A stretch of DNA of 64,000 nucleotides, from positions 211,102 to 275,101 of the IMG/VR virus record IMGVR_UViG_3300029258_002750; one strand, given 5' to 3'. The translations under genes were made by a program, and so were the position numbers. A model generated the notes under the pieces. That model was not told where the DNA came from. It worked only from the letters and a program-made list of their open reading frames with translations, and made no database searches. Below are positions 28,951 to 39,338 of this stretch, one piece after another (the stretch's first letter is position 1; each line of letters opens with the position of its first letter).

Positions 28951-30654
28951 ATGCCTACCTGGGGACGAACTACTGCCAATCCGACGGAAACGTCGGTCGA
29001 CTGGTGTCGAGCGATGGGCGGGACTTCGCCCAACGTCGACTACATGAAGTTGACCTCGGTCTCGGTCTACGTCGGGTCGCCGCACACCAACCAGGTCCGG
29101 GTCGCCGTGTACCAGGGCGGCGCGCTTGACGATCCGTCCGGCGCAACGCTGGTCTACGACTTCGGCCTCACGTCCGGTTCCGCTACCGATCAGTTCTTGA
29201 CGCTGTCTGTCGTTGGCGACATCGACCTCGCTGCGAACGAGGTCACCTGGATCGCGGTTAAGGGCAACGACAGCGGATTCGATGTCGTCTACCAGAACAG
29301 TTCCGCCGGGGCCGGTGACTTCCAGACGGCGCGAGGTAGGTTCGAGTCTAGCGGCATTTCCTCAAACGAGAACACCGCTTACCCGAGCACGTTCCCGGCT
29401 GGCGGCTCGTTCAGCGACTTCTGGTACAGCTTCTACCTGACCTACATGGTGGAGCCGCCCGATGAGCCTGACGAGCCCTCCAACATCCTGAAGACAGAGG
29501 CACTGACCGAGCAGAGCACGAGCAGTGGCACCTTCGTGGACGTACCTAATTCGTCGCTGACGGTGACACCTACGCGCGACGAGGATGTGTGGCTCGTTTT
29601 CGTGAGCGGGGTGATGCGCTCGTCCAGTACAGCCGAGACCTCGGCCGAGATGCGGCTGCTCATCGACGGGTCCGAGGTCGACTACTGGGGGCATCAGGTA
29701 GATCCGACCACCACGCCGAACGGCGCGGGGTTCTTGATCTTCGACCGTATTACCGGGGTCACGGGCGACCAGGTGATCCAGCCGCAGTTCCGGGCCGCCG
29801 CAGGCACCACGTACGTCAGCCAGCTGCGCGTGGTGGCGGCCCGGCTACCACATGGCGCCGATCTCCAGTTCGCTCGGTCGAACTCAACCGTTCAGACCAC
29901 GGGGGTGAATCAGCAGATCCAGGCTCTCACCTTCACGCCGTCGAGCGCTGGCAACTACTTCGTGTTTGGCAAGGCGTCCATCCAGGAAGCTCCGGGCGGG
30001 AGCACAGCACAGATCTGGGTGCTCGGGGCCGATAGCACTCAGCACCCGAACTCGCCGTCCGGCGTCCACTACTCGAACGCGAGAGACTGCTGGAGCCCCT
30101 TCTCCACAGCGTATCGTGAGAGCTTGGGTAGCGGCTCGCAGACCATCAGTCTGCGGTTCACGTCGAGCGCCTCGGGCACGGAGGGTAGTCAGCACAGGTA
30201 CCGGAAGCTGATGACCTTCCGCGAAGACGTGTGGGACCTGGTGCAGTACGACCTTGAGGCTGCGCAGACGACGACCACGTCCACGTCCTACGTGCAGAAG
30301 AACGCGATCACCACAACTGCGCCGTCAGAGGAGCGGGAGTACCTGGTGATTCAGTCCATGCGCATCTCGGGCGACACGACTGGATCGGGCCGCAAGTCCG
30401 GGGTGATCGCAGAAGACTCCTCCGCCGTGCTGCTCACGAATCATCGGATCAGCCGCAATGGCAGCGCCGACCAGGGCTACCACCACATCGCCGGGGTCGC
30501 GGACGTCAGGACGCGGTCGGTCTCGGCCATCTGCCGTAACGGCGGGATCTCCCCCGACGGCATCACGCTCCAGGCAGCAGAGAGCGTCATCATCGTACTC
30601 AGGTATCCCGCCCTCCAGCGGTGGAACAGTCCGTTCTTTGGAACGGTGGCGTAG
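28951..30654 (+). CDS. Putative receptor-binding/virion protein
   Basis: Ser/Thr-rich beta domains; abuts the upstream fibre gene. Confidence 0.65.
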   Translation: MPTWGRTTANPTETSVDWCRAMGGTSPNVDYMKLTSVSVYVGSPHTNQVRVAVYQGGALDDPSGATLVYDFGLTSGSATDQFLTLSVVGDIDLAANEVTWIAVKGNDSGFDVVYQNSSAGAGDFQTARGRFESSGISSNENTAYPSTFPAGGSFSDFWYSFYLTYMVEPPDEPDEPSNILKTEALTEQSTSSGTFVDVPNSSLTVTPTRDEDVWLVFVSGVMRSSSTAETSAEMRLLIDGSEVDYWGHQVDPTTTPNGAGFLIFDRITGVTGDQVIQPQFRAAAGTTYVSQLRVVAARLPHGADLQFARSNSTVQTTGVNQQIQALTFTPSSAGNYFVFGKASIQEAPGGSTAQIWVLGADSTQHPNSPSGVHYSNARDCWSPFSTAYRESLGSGSQTISLRFTSSASGTEGSQHRYRKLMTFREDVWDLVQYDLEAAQTTTTSTSYVQKNAITTTAPSEEREYLVIQSMRISGDTTGSGRKSGVIAEDSSAVLLTNHRISRNGSADQGYHHIAGVADVRTRSVSAICRNGGISPDGITLQAAESVIIVLRYPALQRWNSPFFGTVA

Positions 30655-30665
30655 CAGGAGTTTCA

Positions 30666-31739
30666 ATGCCCTCAACCGAATACCCGTTCGTCATTGCCAC
30701 GGACTTCCCAAACGGGAAGGTGAACATCCCACGTCTCTTGGAGGACATCCGCCAGTCGCCCATCAAGACAGCGGTGGACTACATCACAGCGTCGGGCGCC
30801 GCGTGCTCCGTCTGGTTCAAGGCCGAGTTGGACAGCACTGACGAAGGCATCCTGTACGGGGGCGTCTCGCCAGCCAGCGACGAGAGCATCATCGGCTCGC
30901 ACTCTGGCGCCGTTCTGCTCGAAGCGGGCGTGACGAAGATCGTCAACGACGACCAAAGCACCGTCTGGAACCAGCCGCAGACGACGAACAAGACGCCGAT
31001 CTTCAACCCGGACGTCATTCCGCCGAGCTACCTGCTCTACCTGACCGGGGCCTTCGACGATCTCGGTGGCGGGCTGATCGGTGCCGGTGACCAGATCGAG
31101 ATCGAGGCTACCTACGATGGCGGCCCCAAGACGGAGACGCTGGACGGCCAGTACCTCACGCACCAGTACATCGTCGGTGGCGAGATCGGCGTGATTGGGA
31201 CGATCGGCAAGGGGGACTGGGCATCGATGATGGCCTACGCTCCCGCGAGTGCGCCCGAGGACCGGACCGGCACGCACGACGGCAACGCGAACAAGGTGGC
31301 CACCGGCATGGGCTTCAACATCATCGTGCCAGCGCCCGGGAACGACGGCGACTGGAACGTGGATGGGTCAGCGCTGACCGCCGGTGAGATCAACACGGGC
31401 CTGGTTCCGGTGCCGAGCGCAAGCACACCGCAGACCGGCTACTGGAACTGGGACCCGGACGAGGATCCGTCGATCACGCCGGTCGCCAATCCGGGGGCTC
31501 CAGACGGCGCCTATGATCTCTACGACGTGGCAATGCCGCTCGTCCGCCAGGCGAACCGACTCGGTCTGGCGGCGGTGACCGGGAAGAACTGCTGCCCGCC
31601 GAACGTTCGCGGCAAGAAGTTCCTCCCGCACTGGAAGTGCCGGTTCTTCCTGCACCGCGAGACATCGGGCAGCATCGTCGCCCAGTTCAGCATGAAGTTC
31701 GGCCGCAGAAGCACCACGAACCCGAACGACCTGTTGTGA
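30666..31739 (+). CDS. Hypothetical virion-associated protein
   Basis: ATG30666 after AGGAG. Confidence 0.7.
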   Translation: MPSTEYPFVIATDFPNGKVNIPRLLEDIRQSPIKTAVDYITASGAACSVWFKAELDSTDEGILYGGVSPASDESIIGSHSGAVLLEAGVTKIVNDDQSTVWNQPQTTNKTPIFNPDVIPPSYLLYLTGAFDDLGGGLIGAGDQIEIEATYDGGPKTETLDGQYLTHQYIVGGEIGVIGTIGKGDWASMMAYAPASAPEDRTGTHDGNANKVATGMGFNIIVPAPGNDGDWNVDGSALTAGEINTGLVPVPSASTPQTGYWNWDPDEDPSITPVANPGAPDGAYDLYDVAMPLVRQANRLGLAAVTGKNCCPPNVRGKKFLPHWKCRFFLHRETSGSIVAQFSMKFGRRSTTNPNDLL

Positions 31740-32344
31740 TCGTCGTAGTCCTCTCGACCCCCAGGTCGTTCCACCTGTCCTCGTGGTTGATCAAGATCGG
31801 GACGGGCTACCCGGCCAGCCACGCGTCCCTGCACATCATGGGACGCGGCCTGTTCGAGGGCGAGCGGATGGTCTTCGAGGCAACTGCGCACGGGATCGGC
31901 CTGGTCCACCCGTCGCGGTGGGACAAGCTGAACCGGCCGGTCGCGGCCTACGAGATGGTCGAGCAGCACGAGGTCATCGGAAGGGCCGCGTTCCGGGAGA
32001 TGTGGAAGAACCTGGGCGCGGATTACGACTGGAAGGGCGCGTTCAGCTTCGCGTTGCGGATCATCGTCGCCAAGCTCTATGGCGTGACGGTCCCAGTGGA
32101 GGATACCCCAGAGAAGATGTTCTGTTCTGAGCTGGTGGCAAGGTGGCTGAACGAGGTGCAACTCCGGCTCGACCAACCCCAAGACGCGCTCCGCCCTGAC
32201 GACGTATCGCCAGCGGGATTGTCAGCCGTGCTGGAGCGTTCCGAGCTTTTTCGGAGCGTGCCATGCGAACCCTCGTTGTCAGCGATCTTCACCTCGGAGC
32301 CCCCGGACGCCTCCCCCAAGCGGACGGAGAACTCTGCAACTTGA
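31736..32344 (+). CDS. Permuted papain-like NlpC/P60 amidase (YiiX/YebB-like)
   Basis: SHASL...FEA...G.DYD...FCSELVA, with His before Cys. Confidence 0.8.
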   Translation: MIVVVLSTPRSFHLSSWLIKIGTGYPASHASLHIMGRGLFEGERMVFEATAHGIGLVHPSRWDKLNRPVAAYEMVEQHEVIGRAAFREMWKNLGADYDWKGAFSFALRIIVAKLYGVTVPVEDTPEKMFCSELVARWLNEVQLRLDQPQDALRPDDVSPAGLSAVLERSELFRSVPCEPSLSAIFTSEPPDASPKRTENSAT

Positions 32345-32955
32345 TCCACCGGGGCGACTGGGGGCAGATCGTCCTCCTGGGCGACGTCTTCGATCTGTGG
32401 GCCGCGCCCTTCCATAAGATCGCGAGGATGCACGCAGCGGTGCTGGCGGTGCTCGAGGCAGCCGAGTGCACCGTCACCTACGTTCCCGGCAATCACGACG
32501 ACGCGTTTCGCGGCCTCAGCTACCTCAACTCGTTCCAGACCGTCTGGCCCTACTATCGCTTCAGCTCGGGCGGGAAGTGGGTTGTCGCAGCGCACGGAGA
32601 TACCTACGACGAGTTTGAGGGTGTTCCGTCCAGGTTCGGTGCGTGGGCTTCTCGACTGGCCGACCGCGTTGCCCGCTGGTTCGCTGGCCCGGGTGTCTCG
32701 ATCACCAGGAGCTTCCGGTACTCGTATGCCGAGCGAGGACCGGGGCGGTCGAGCTACGTTGCCCCGATCCACAGCAAGGCGGCGGCCGACCTCGACGGGG
32801 ACATCGTCCTCATCGGCCATACCCACGTCCCTACGACCCGCGAGGAGCACGGCGAGAAGATCCTGGTGAACACAGGCGATTTCGGCCCGGAGCACATGAC
32901 CTACGTGGTCGTTGAGGACGGCCGGGCGGAGCTGCGCTCAATCGACCCGTCCTGA
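32263..32955 (+). CDS. Calcineurin-like metallophosphoesterase, LpxH/LpxH2-like
   Basis: SDLHLG, LLGDVFDLW, YVPGNHD, AHGD, GHTH. Confidence 0.85.
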   Translation: MRTLVVSDLHLGAPGRLPQADGELCNLIHRGDWGQIVLLGDVFDLWAAPFHKIARMHAAVLAVLEAAECTVTYVPGNHDDAFRGLSYLNSFQTVWPYYRFSSGGKWVVAAHGDTYDEFEGVPSRFGAWASRLADRVARWFAGPGVSITRSFRYSYAERGPGRSSYVAPIHSKAAADLDGDIVLIGHTHVPTTREEHGEKILVNTGDFGPEHMTYVVVEDGRAELRSIDPS

Positions 32956-32986
32956 TAGACAGAAGGGCACGCCGGGACGCGCTTTG

Positions 32987-32992
32987 TATAAT
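32987..32992 (+). promoter_or_regulatory. -10 element TATAAT upstream of 33028
   Basis: Perfect TATAAT in a GC-rich intergenic gap; no canonical -35. Confidence 0.5.
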
Positions 32993-33027
32993 GCCCGTTC
33001 GTAGCGGACGGACAGGAGTCGAGCAAG

Positions 33028-35442
33028 ATGCCGCCCTTCCCCACTGAGCAAGTACTCGACATCCAGAGCGACAAGACCCTCACCGACGCCAGGCTCCAAT
33101 CCACTGTCGAGCTGCAAGATGCGTCAGCGATCCGCAAGCTCATCATGGACTGGGACGAGCCCGCCACGGTCGATCGCGTGGTCAAGTTCACCGATCCCGG
33201 CCGAGACGCGGAAGTCGCCTACAAGCATGAGGTTGCGGCGGGCCAGGCTGGCTGGAAGGAGGTGCTGCTCACCGCGACCCAACTCGACAGCGTCAACGAC
33301 GGGATCCAGCCCGCGATCGTCTTTGCGCTCTCCGGTCTCCCAGCTGACGGCCAGACGCTCATCATCGAGAACGACACCGATGGCGCCGAGACCTTCACGT
33401 GGCGGGCCGCAGCGGCAGCTCCGTTCGAGGTGCAGATCGGCGGCGATGTTCCGACCTCGCACGCGAACTTGGCGTCCCAGATCGGCACGGACTCTACCTA
33501 CTGGGGAGCCGCCGTTCACACGAACCTGACCTCGATTGCGCCCAACGTGGTCGTGATCCGCAAGCTCATCCCCGATGACGGCGACAACGACCGCCTCTAC
33601 GGCTCGACCACGAACGGCCAGGTCGTGGACTACGGGACGATCCCCGACGACCTGGACTACGGAAACAAGTCGCTGACCGCGCTCCCGGCCGCCGACCCGG
33701 GGACCAGGAACTTCGGGATCAGCCGAGCCCTGGCCTCCCTCGATCCCGGCGAGCAGCACCTCGTCCTTGCCGAGGATCTCCAGTACGCCTGGGACGCGGA
33801 CGCGACCCAGTGGAACCAGATCGGGATCGTGGTGCCGGTCGCAACGTCAGGCTCGGGCGGCGGCACCATCGGCAAGCTCACGATGGACGAGGACAAGGCG
33901 CTCAAGATCACCGCTGGCGTCGCCGAGGTGCTGGTCGACGGCGTCACGATGACGATCGACGGGTTCGGCAAACTCGCCTCGCTTGGTACTGGTAGCGGTG
34001 CGCTGACAGCCGACGCGACCTACGCGCCCGTCTTCGTCAGGAACGCGTCGGGGATCACGCCCGCGACCCCCGGGACGACCGGAACCGACACGGACACTCT
34101 GGACCACCCGGCCGGGTCGGACACCGGCCAGCGCTTCGAGTACGTGGTCCCGGACGACTACGCGGGCGGCGATCTCACGGTCCTGGTCGTCTATCGGATG
34201 GACAGTGTCGGCACGGCCGGGAACCTGCGGATGCGAGGGCAGGCCGAGGTCCACGACATCGACGCTGGCGGCACGACGCTTCTCTCAGCCGTGGACTACG
34301 ACTTCGCGCCCCTGGTCACCACGAACATCGACCAGGAATCGATCTTCGCGATCCCGGCCGCCAACGTGACGCGCGGGGACACGCTCCAGATCTTCATGCA
34401 GCGGATCGGGACGTGGGGCGGCGAGACCGACACCCGGGCCTTGAAGCTCATTGCCTACCAGGTCCGCTACAAGAGCGAGATCACCAATCGCGCACGCACG
34501 ATTCACGTGGAGGCGCTCCGCTCGACCGACGAGCCTGCTCCAACGTCCGGCACGATTGGCACGGACACGGATACCGAGGAGTTCCCGACCGGCTCCGACA
34601 CCGAGGTGAAGTTCTCCTTCCACATCCCGGACGAGTGGGACGAGATCACGCCACCGGCCCTGCGCGTCGTCTACGCGATGAGTACCGGCGCTGGCGGAAC
34701 CGTCCGTATGGCCACCGAGGGCGAGATCATGTCCATCGGTGGTGCGGTTGTTCCCATCGGGATCGTGAACGCCGATCTCCTGGTTCCGGCGAACACGAAC
34801 ATTCATCGGTCCACGATCATCAGGGAGCTGACGCCCACGGCCCTCCAGCGCGGGGACTTCGTCACCCTCAAGCTGGCTCGCCGAGTGGCGGTCGGGGGCA
34901 ACTCGCCCGCGAACTTCCGTATGGTTGCGGTGACGATCACCTTCACGAACATTGCTCAGGGCGGGTTTACGACCGTCCAGACGGAGGAGAAGTTCCTCGA
35001 GCTGGGCGTCTTCAGCCAACCAGCTGACATCGACATCTTCGGTGACACGGCCTATCCCTCGTTCGGCGGCGACTTCCACGCGATGGACCACATCTACGCT
35101 ACATCGAACGGCAAGCAGCTCGACGTCGCCTACCAGGGCCGGATCGCGGCCTATCAGGCCAACGGTCTGAAGTCGGTGCGGATCTTCATCAAGGGAGTCG
35201 GCCCCAGCCCACGCTACAAGCTGAAGATCTATACGGCCACGGGCGGGGCCACACCGATCTACGACAACAGCGGCGGCGGATCGCCCGTGGCGGCGCCGCT
35301 CACGCTTACTCCGATCGTCTTGACCAGCCCCGGCGACTTCTCGGCCACGACCGCGAACGAGATCTACCACGTCGTTGTCGAGGCTCACCTCGACAACACC
35401 GAGGAACTCTACGTGAGCCGCCCGTGGGTGAGGCACGAGTAG
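33028..35442 (+). CDS. Large virion appendage protein A (two tandem F.VPD.Y/W beta domains plus C-terminal module Z)
   Basis: GT.GTDTDT repeats; ends VEAHLDNTEELYVSRPWVRHE; paralog of 45892. Confidence 0.75.
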   Translation: MPPFPTEQVLDIQSDKTLTDARLQSTVELQDASAIRKLIMDWDEPATVDRVVKFTDPGRDAEVAYKHEVAAGQAGWKEVLLTATQLDSVNDGIQPAIVFALSGLPADGQTLIIENDTDGAETFTWRAAAAAPFEVQIGGDVPTSHANLASQIGTDSTYWGAAVHTNLTSIAPNVVVIRKLIPDDGDNDRLYGSTTNGQVVDYGTIPDDLDYGNKSLTALPAADPGTRNFGISRALASLDPGEQHLVLAEDLQYAWDADATQWNQIGIVVPVATSGSGGGTIGKLTMDEDKALKITAGVAEVLVDGVTMTIDGFGKLASLGTGSGALTADATYAPVFVRNASGITPATPGTTGTDTDTLDHPAGSDTGQRFEYVVPDDYAGGDLTVLVVYRMDSVGTAGNLRMRGQAEVHDIDAGGTTLLSAVDYDFAPLVTTNIDQESIFAIPAANVTRGDTLQIFMQRIGTWGGETDTRALKLIAYQVRYKSEITNRARTIHVEALRSTDEPAPTSGTIGTDTDTEEFPTGSDTEVKFSFHIPDEWDEITPPALRVVYAMSTGAGGTVRMATEGEIMSIGGAVVPIGIVNADLLVPANTNIHRSTIIRELTPTALQRGDFVTLKLARRVAVGGNSPANFRMVAVTITFTNIAQGGFTTVQTEEKFLELGVFSQPADIDIFGDTAYPSFGGDFHAMDHIYATSNGKQLDVAYQGRIAAYQANGLKSVRIFIKGVGPSPRYKLKIYTATGGATPIYDNSGGGSPVAAPLTLTPIVLTSPGDFSATTANEIYHVVVEAHLDNTEELYVSRPWVRHE

Positions 35443-35446
35443 GACT

Positions 35447-35875
35447 ATGGTCTTTTCCATCGACAAGGCTATCGAGTCGGGCTCTGCCGCAGCCGGTCTG
35501 CCCGAGGTCATTCGGAACTACACGGGCGGAGTGCAGATCCGCGATGTCGTCTACCAGAAGAGCGACGGCACCGTGGACCGGGCCGATGCCTCGTCGATCA
35601 CGACCGCCGAGACCGCCATTGGGCTAGTGATTGCCATCGACGACCCCGGCGCTGGCGAGTGCCGCGTCAGGCTCCACGGCGACATGGACGGTTTCACCGG
35701 CCTCACGGTCGGTGGGCTCTACGTCCTGGCGTCTTCGCCGGGCCAGATCGTTCGCGTTGACGACACCGGAAACCCCAACTACCCAGGGCCAGGTCACGCG
35801 CTGCGTGAGGTCGGGAATGCTGTTAGCACCACGAAGCTGTTCATCGAGCCCGGCAGGGATTTCGAGGTGCTGTAG
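35447..35875 (+). CDS. Capsid-cement/DUF2190-like small protein
   Basis: DVVY...G.V.RADA......IGLV...GLTVG..Y.L...G pattern, shared with the C-terminus of 36140. Confidence 0.55.
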   Translation: MVFSIDKAIESGSAAAGLPEVIRNYTGGVQIRDVVYQKSDGTVDRADASSITTAETAIGLVIAIDDPGAGECRVRLHGDMDGFTGLTVGGLYVLASSPGQIVRVDDTGNPNYPGPGHALREVGNAVSTTKLFIEPGRDFEVL

Positions 35876-35883
35876 GAGGAAGC

Positions 35884-36132
35884 ATGGCAGACTACGACGT
35901 GGACGATCTCGTCGATGTGAGGGCCGACAAGACCCACTCATGGCGGGCTGGTACGGTCACGGCCGCCGAGGACACTCGCTACCAGGTGACGCTCGACACG
36001 CCGGTTACCGCAGACACTTGGTCCGGGGCGACCCGGAAGTACGGAGGGTCGGACACGCTCTCCGTGGTCTACATTCTCAAGAACGCTGAGGTCGTCGCGG
36101 AAGGCGAACTCATCAGGACCCAGGGAGGCTAG
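35884..36132 (+). CDS. Small SH3/Tudor-like protein
   Basis: YDVDDLVDVR....WRAGTV......YQVTLD; RBS GGAGG. Confidence 0.6.
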   Translation: MADYDVDDLVDVRADKTHSWRAGTVTAAEDTRYQVTLDTPVTADTWSGATRKYGGSDTLSVVYILKNAEVVAEGELIRTQGG

Positions 36133-36139
36133 GTAGGAG

Positions 36140-38233
36140 ATGGCAACTGCAACTCTCGTCAAGCGCACCTCTCGGGCGCACATGCAAGTGCTCCCGGACA
36201 CGGACGATGCCGTCATCGGCAGCATCGTCCGGTCCACCGCTGGAGCGATGAAGATCGGTGACGACACGAACTCGACGTCGATCCAGCTCGGCGGCGCTGC
36301 TGCCGACAACGTCACGCAGATCGACATCGGGCAGGACTCGGGGATGACCTCCCTGACTACCCTGAACCTCGCCACCGTAGCCACCATGACCGCGCTGAAC
36401 ATCGGCACGGGCATGGGGTCCGGTGACACGATCGCGATCGGTGCTACCGGGACCGCTGTGAACATCCCGGCTACGGTGACGATCACCGACCTGACGGTCA
36501 ACGGAACGACCACAACGGTCTCGACCACGAACCTGTCCGTTGCGGACGACCTGATCATCCTCCGGGGCGACTCGTCGGCCCAGGCGGCGGCCGACTCCGG
36601 CATCGTGGTCGAGCGCGGTACGACCAGCGCGGACGACGCGATCTGGCTCTGGAGCGAGACGAACGATCGCTTCGAGCTGGGCTTGTTCGCCTCGAACAAC
36701 GGAGCCAACAGCGCGCCTTCGGACGTGACTACGGCGGGCTACAAGGATCTCAAGATCCTCAACCTGCTGCTGGATGGCACTGGCGTCACGTTCGATGGCG
36801 CAGGTACGGTCGCGGCCACAGGTGCGGTCCTCAGCCTCGACGGCACCGGGATCGAGACCAGCGCGGCCACGATCACGGCGGACGCAGGGCTCGACATCGT
36901 CACGACCACGACCGGCAACCTGGTCCTCGACAGCGGGACCACTGGCTCGGTTAGCTTGGGCGTGGACGCCGCCAACGCCAAGACCGTGACGGTTGGCGCG
37001 TCAGCTGGCGCTTCGACAACCGCCATCGAGTGCGGCACGGGCGGCCTGAACCTCGGAACCACGGCCAACGCTCACACGGTCACCCTGGGCAGCACGACGG
37101 GCGCGAGCGCGACCACGATCCAGTGCGGCACCGGAGCCATGACCTTTACGGCGGGCGGCGCCTTCGACGTCAACACCGCCGGTGCGGTCACCATCGACAG
37201 CTCTGGTGGGACGATCAGCATCGGTGCCGACGACGTCGATCAGGCGATCAACATCGGCGGCCAGGGCGAGCGCACTACAACGATCGGCAACAACGTCGGG
37301 GCCAACGGGATCGCGCTCGAGACTGGAACCGGTGGACTGGGCGTGGACGCCGATGGCGACTCCACCTGGACCATGTTCGACTGGACCATCACGCTCAACG
37401 AGACCCAGACGGCCGGGTCCACCACGGCGGGTAACCCGTACGCGCTGACGGCTGGCGCTGGCGCAGCGGCCGATGCGGCTGCGGCTGGTGGTGTCGGTGG
37501 CGCGATCGGTCTGACGGCCGGTGTCGGTGGTGCGGGCGACGACAACCCGCAGGATGGCGGCGCGGGTGGCGCGCTCACGATCACGTCTGGTGTTGGCGGG
37601 GTCTCAGGCAACAACGCCGGTTCGACCTCGGGCGCTGGTGGCGACGTTCTGATCGTTGCTGCGGACGCAGGAGCGATCGTCGGTGCCGGAGCCAAGGGGA
37701 ACCCTGGCCGTGTGGCCTTCACCTCCGGGACGACCCAGTACTACCTGACGGCTGCTGGGACCGGGCCTGCGCTCGCTACTACGGCACAGACGATCATCGA
37801 GGCGATCAACGAGGTTGCGGGCGGCACGTCCTCGGCCGCGACCATGATCACCACGACCTTCGCCACGACCGGGCTCACGGTCGGGGCTCCGTGCTACGTG
37901 TCGGCGCTCGACACGGCTTCGGAGTGCGACGCCGACGCGGTCGCCACGTCGGATGTGATCGGCTTCGTCAAGACGGTCGGCGCGGCCGGAACCGGCGAGG
38001 TCGTCCTGGGCGGCGTGACCAACATGGCCTTCGAGGTCGGGCTCAACGTCCTCCCCGGCGAGGTGATCTACCTCTCGACCGTCACCGGCCGCGTGACCAA
38101 CGTCGCCCCGTCTGGGACGGGTGATACGGTCTACGAGGTCGGATTCGCGAACGACTCCGAGGCGGGCGGCGCCACGACCGATGGTGAGGCGCTCGAGTGC
38201 GTCATTCACTTCGGTTCCCGGGTCGTCGTCTAG
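36140..38233 (+). CDS. Long beta-fibre protein B with cement-like C-terminal domain
   Basis: VNGTTTTVSTTNL.V.D.LIIL..G...ERG...W.E.NDRFELGLF; paralog of 43209. Confidence 0.75.
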   Translation: MATATLVKRTSRAHMQVLPDTDDAVIGSIVRSTAGAMKIGDDTNSTSIQLGGAAADNVTQIDIGQDSGMTSLTTLNLATVATMTALNIGTGMGSGDTIAIGATGTAVNIPATVTITDLTVNGTTTTVSTTNLSVADDLIILRGDSSAQAAADSGIVVERGTTSADDAIWLWSETNDRFELGLFASNNGANSAPSDVTTAGYKDLKILNLLLDGTGVTFDGAGTVAATGAVLSLDGTGIETSAATITADAGLDIVTTTTGNLVLDSGTTGSVSLGVDAANAKTVTVGASAGASTTAIECGTGGLNLGTTANAHTVTLGSTTGASATTIQCGTGAMTFTAGGAFDVNTAGAVTIDSSGGTISIGADDVDQAINIGGQGERTTTIGNNVGANGIALETGTGGLGVDADGDSTWTMFDWTITLNETQTAGSTTAGNPYALTAGAGAAADAAAAGGVGGAIGLTAGVGGAGDDNPQDGGAGGALTITSGVGGVSGNNAGSTSGAGGDVLIVAADAGAIVGAGAKGNPGRVAFTSGTTQYYLTAAGTGPALATTAQTIIEAINEVAGGTSSAATMITTTFATTGLTVGAPCYVSALDTASECDADAVATSDVIGFVKTVGAAGTGEVVLGGVTNMAFEVGLNVLPGEVIYLSTVTGRVTNVAPSGTGDTVYEVGFANDSEAGGATTDGEALECVIHFGSRVVV

Positions 38234-38250
38234 GAGACTAGGCTTCTTCT

Positions 38251-38288
38251 GGGGGCCGAGTAGGGCAGAGGCGATCCTACCGGCCCCC
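38251..38288 (+). terminator. GC-rich hairpin (terminator or RNA-stabilising)
   Basis: GGGGGCCG-a-GTAGG...CCTAC-CGGCCCCC; weak U-tract. Confidence 0.5.
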
Positions 38289-38317
38289 TGGGTTCTTCAA
38301 CTTCAGTGGAGAGAGAC

Positions 38318-38728
38318 ATGCCAAGCCGAGGAAAGCAGGGCAGGTTGCAGTCGATTCCCAACAACGCTCCCAAGGGTCCCAAGGTCCCCAAGATTGGGGG
38401 CAACAACGACGGATCCGACAAGAAGGAAGCGGACGATCGGATCCCGGCCACCGAGCTGGACTATCTGGGAGTGCAGCTTCACCAGGCCAGGGAAGACGCC
38501 AATCGGCTGCGCACCCAGTTGCTCGCGAGGGAGAAGGAGATCGTCGAGCTGCGGACCCAGCTGGGCGTCGCAAATCAGCGGATCCTCACGATGGAGATCG
38601 AGGACAGCGCGAAGGAGAACCAGTCGCTTGTCAAGGAGCGCAAGTTCGAGCTGGGGCGGTCCATCACGAAGGACGACAAGACCGGCGAGTTCTTCTGGGA
38701 GAAGGCGCGGGCACCGGCCCAGGGGTAG
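38318..38728 (+). CDS. Coiled-coil protein (possible fibre chaperone)
   Basis: ATG after GGAGAGAG; long heptad region. Confidence 0.7.
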   Translation: MPSRGKQGRLQSIPNNAPKGPKVPKIGGNNDGSDKKEADDRIPATELDYLGVQLHQAREDANRLRTQLLAREKEIVELRTQLGVANQRILTMEIEDSAKENQSLVKERKFELGRSITKDDKTGEFFWEKARAPAQG

Positions 38729-38740
38729 GGAGGCTAGCAG

Positions 38741-39163
38741 ATGTCGTCCCTGAAGCTGCTCAGGCGGTACGGGACGAGGGCGTTCGGCCAAGCAGTGGCG
38801 GCTCCGTTCGTCCTCGAGACCGTGTCCGGCATCAACGCGCTGTCGGAGACCGAGACATCCCTCTATACAGTGCCCACCGGCGAGGAAGTGGTCGTCATCG
38901 GGGTCGTGCTCCGGTGTACGGCGGCCAGCGGCATCACTACTGCGCCAAAGGCCGGGGTCGGAATCGCAGCGGGCGCCGACGACATCTTCACGTCGCAGCG
39001 GTGCTACGGGCTGCTCGCGGACGGCGATGAGTTCCAGTTCCCACAGGGAGGGATCAGGAGAATCGCCGACGCAGGTGAGGAGATCAAGCTGGGCATCGAT
39101 GAAGCAGCCGTGGGGACCTCGATGACCCTGGCAGCTGACGTGCTGGGATATGGGGCGGTGTAG
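38741..39163 (+). CDS. Virion protein C, paralog of 42556
   Basis: V.RC..A.GI.....G.G...G.D.IF....YGL...D..GY. Confidence 0.75.
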   Translation: MSSLKLLRRYGTRAFGQAVAAPFVLETVSGINALSETETSLYTVPTGEEVVVIGVVLRCTAASGITTAPKAGVGIAAGADDIFTSQRCYGLLADGDEFQFPQGGIRRIADAGEEIKLGIDEAAVGTSMTLAADVLGYGAV

Positions 39164-39165
39164 AC

Positions 39166-39333
39166 ATGGCTTGGAAGCTCACTCTTGAGGGCGGCGCGGA
39201 GATGACCGCCAGCGATCAGGTGCGGACGCCTGGGGGGCTCGTGGCCGCCTCGTCAATCGAGGTCGGGGACCTGGTCTGCATCTTCCCCGATGGGCACATG
39301 CCGGTTGAGGTCACCGACGTCGAAGAGGTCTAG
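39166..39333 (+). CDS. 55-aa protein resembling half a Hint domain (not in ORF track)
   Basis: MAWKLTLEGGAEMTASDQVRTPGGLVAASSIEVGDLVCIFPDGHMPVEVTDVEEV; fills the operon gap. Confidence 0.75.
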   Translation: MAWKLTLEGGAEMTASDQVRTPGGLVAASSIEVGDLVCIFPDGHMPVEVTDVEEV

Positions 39334-39338
39334 GCGAG

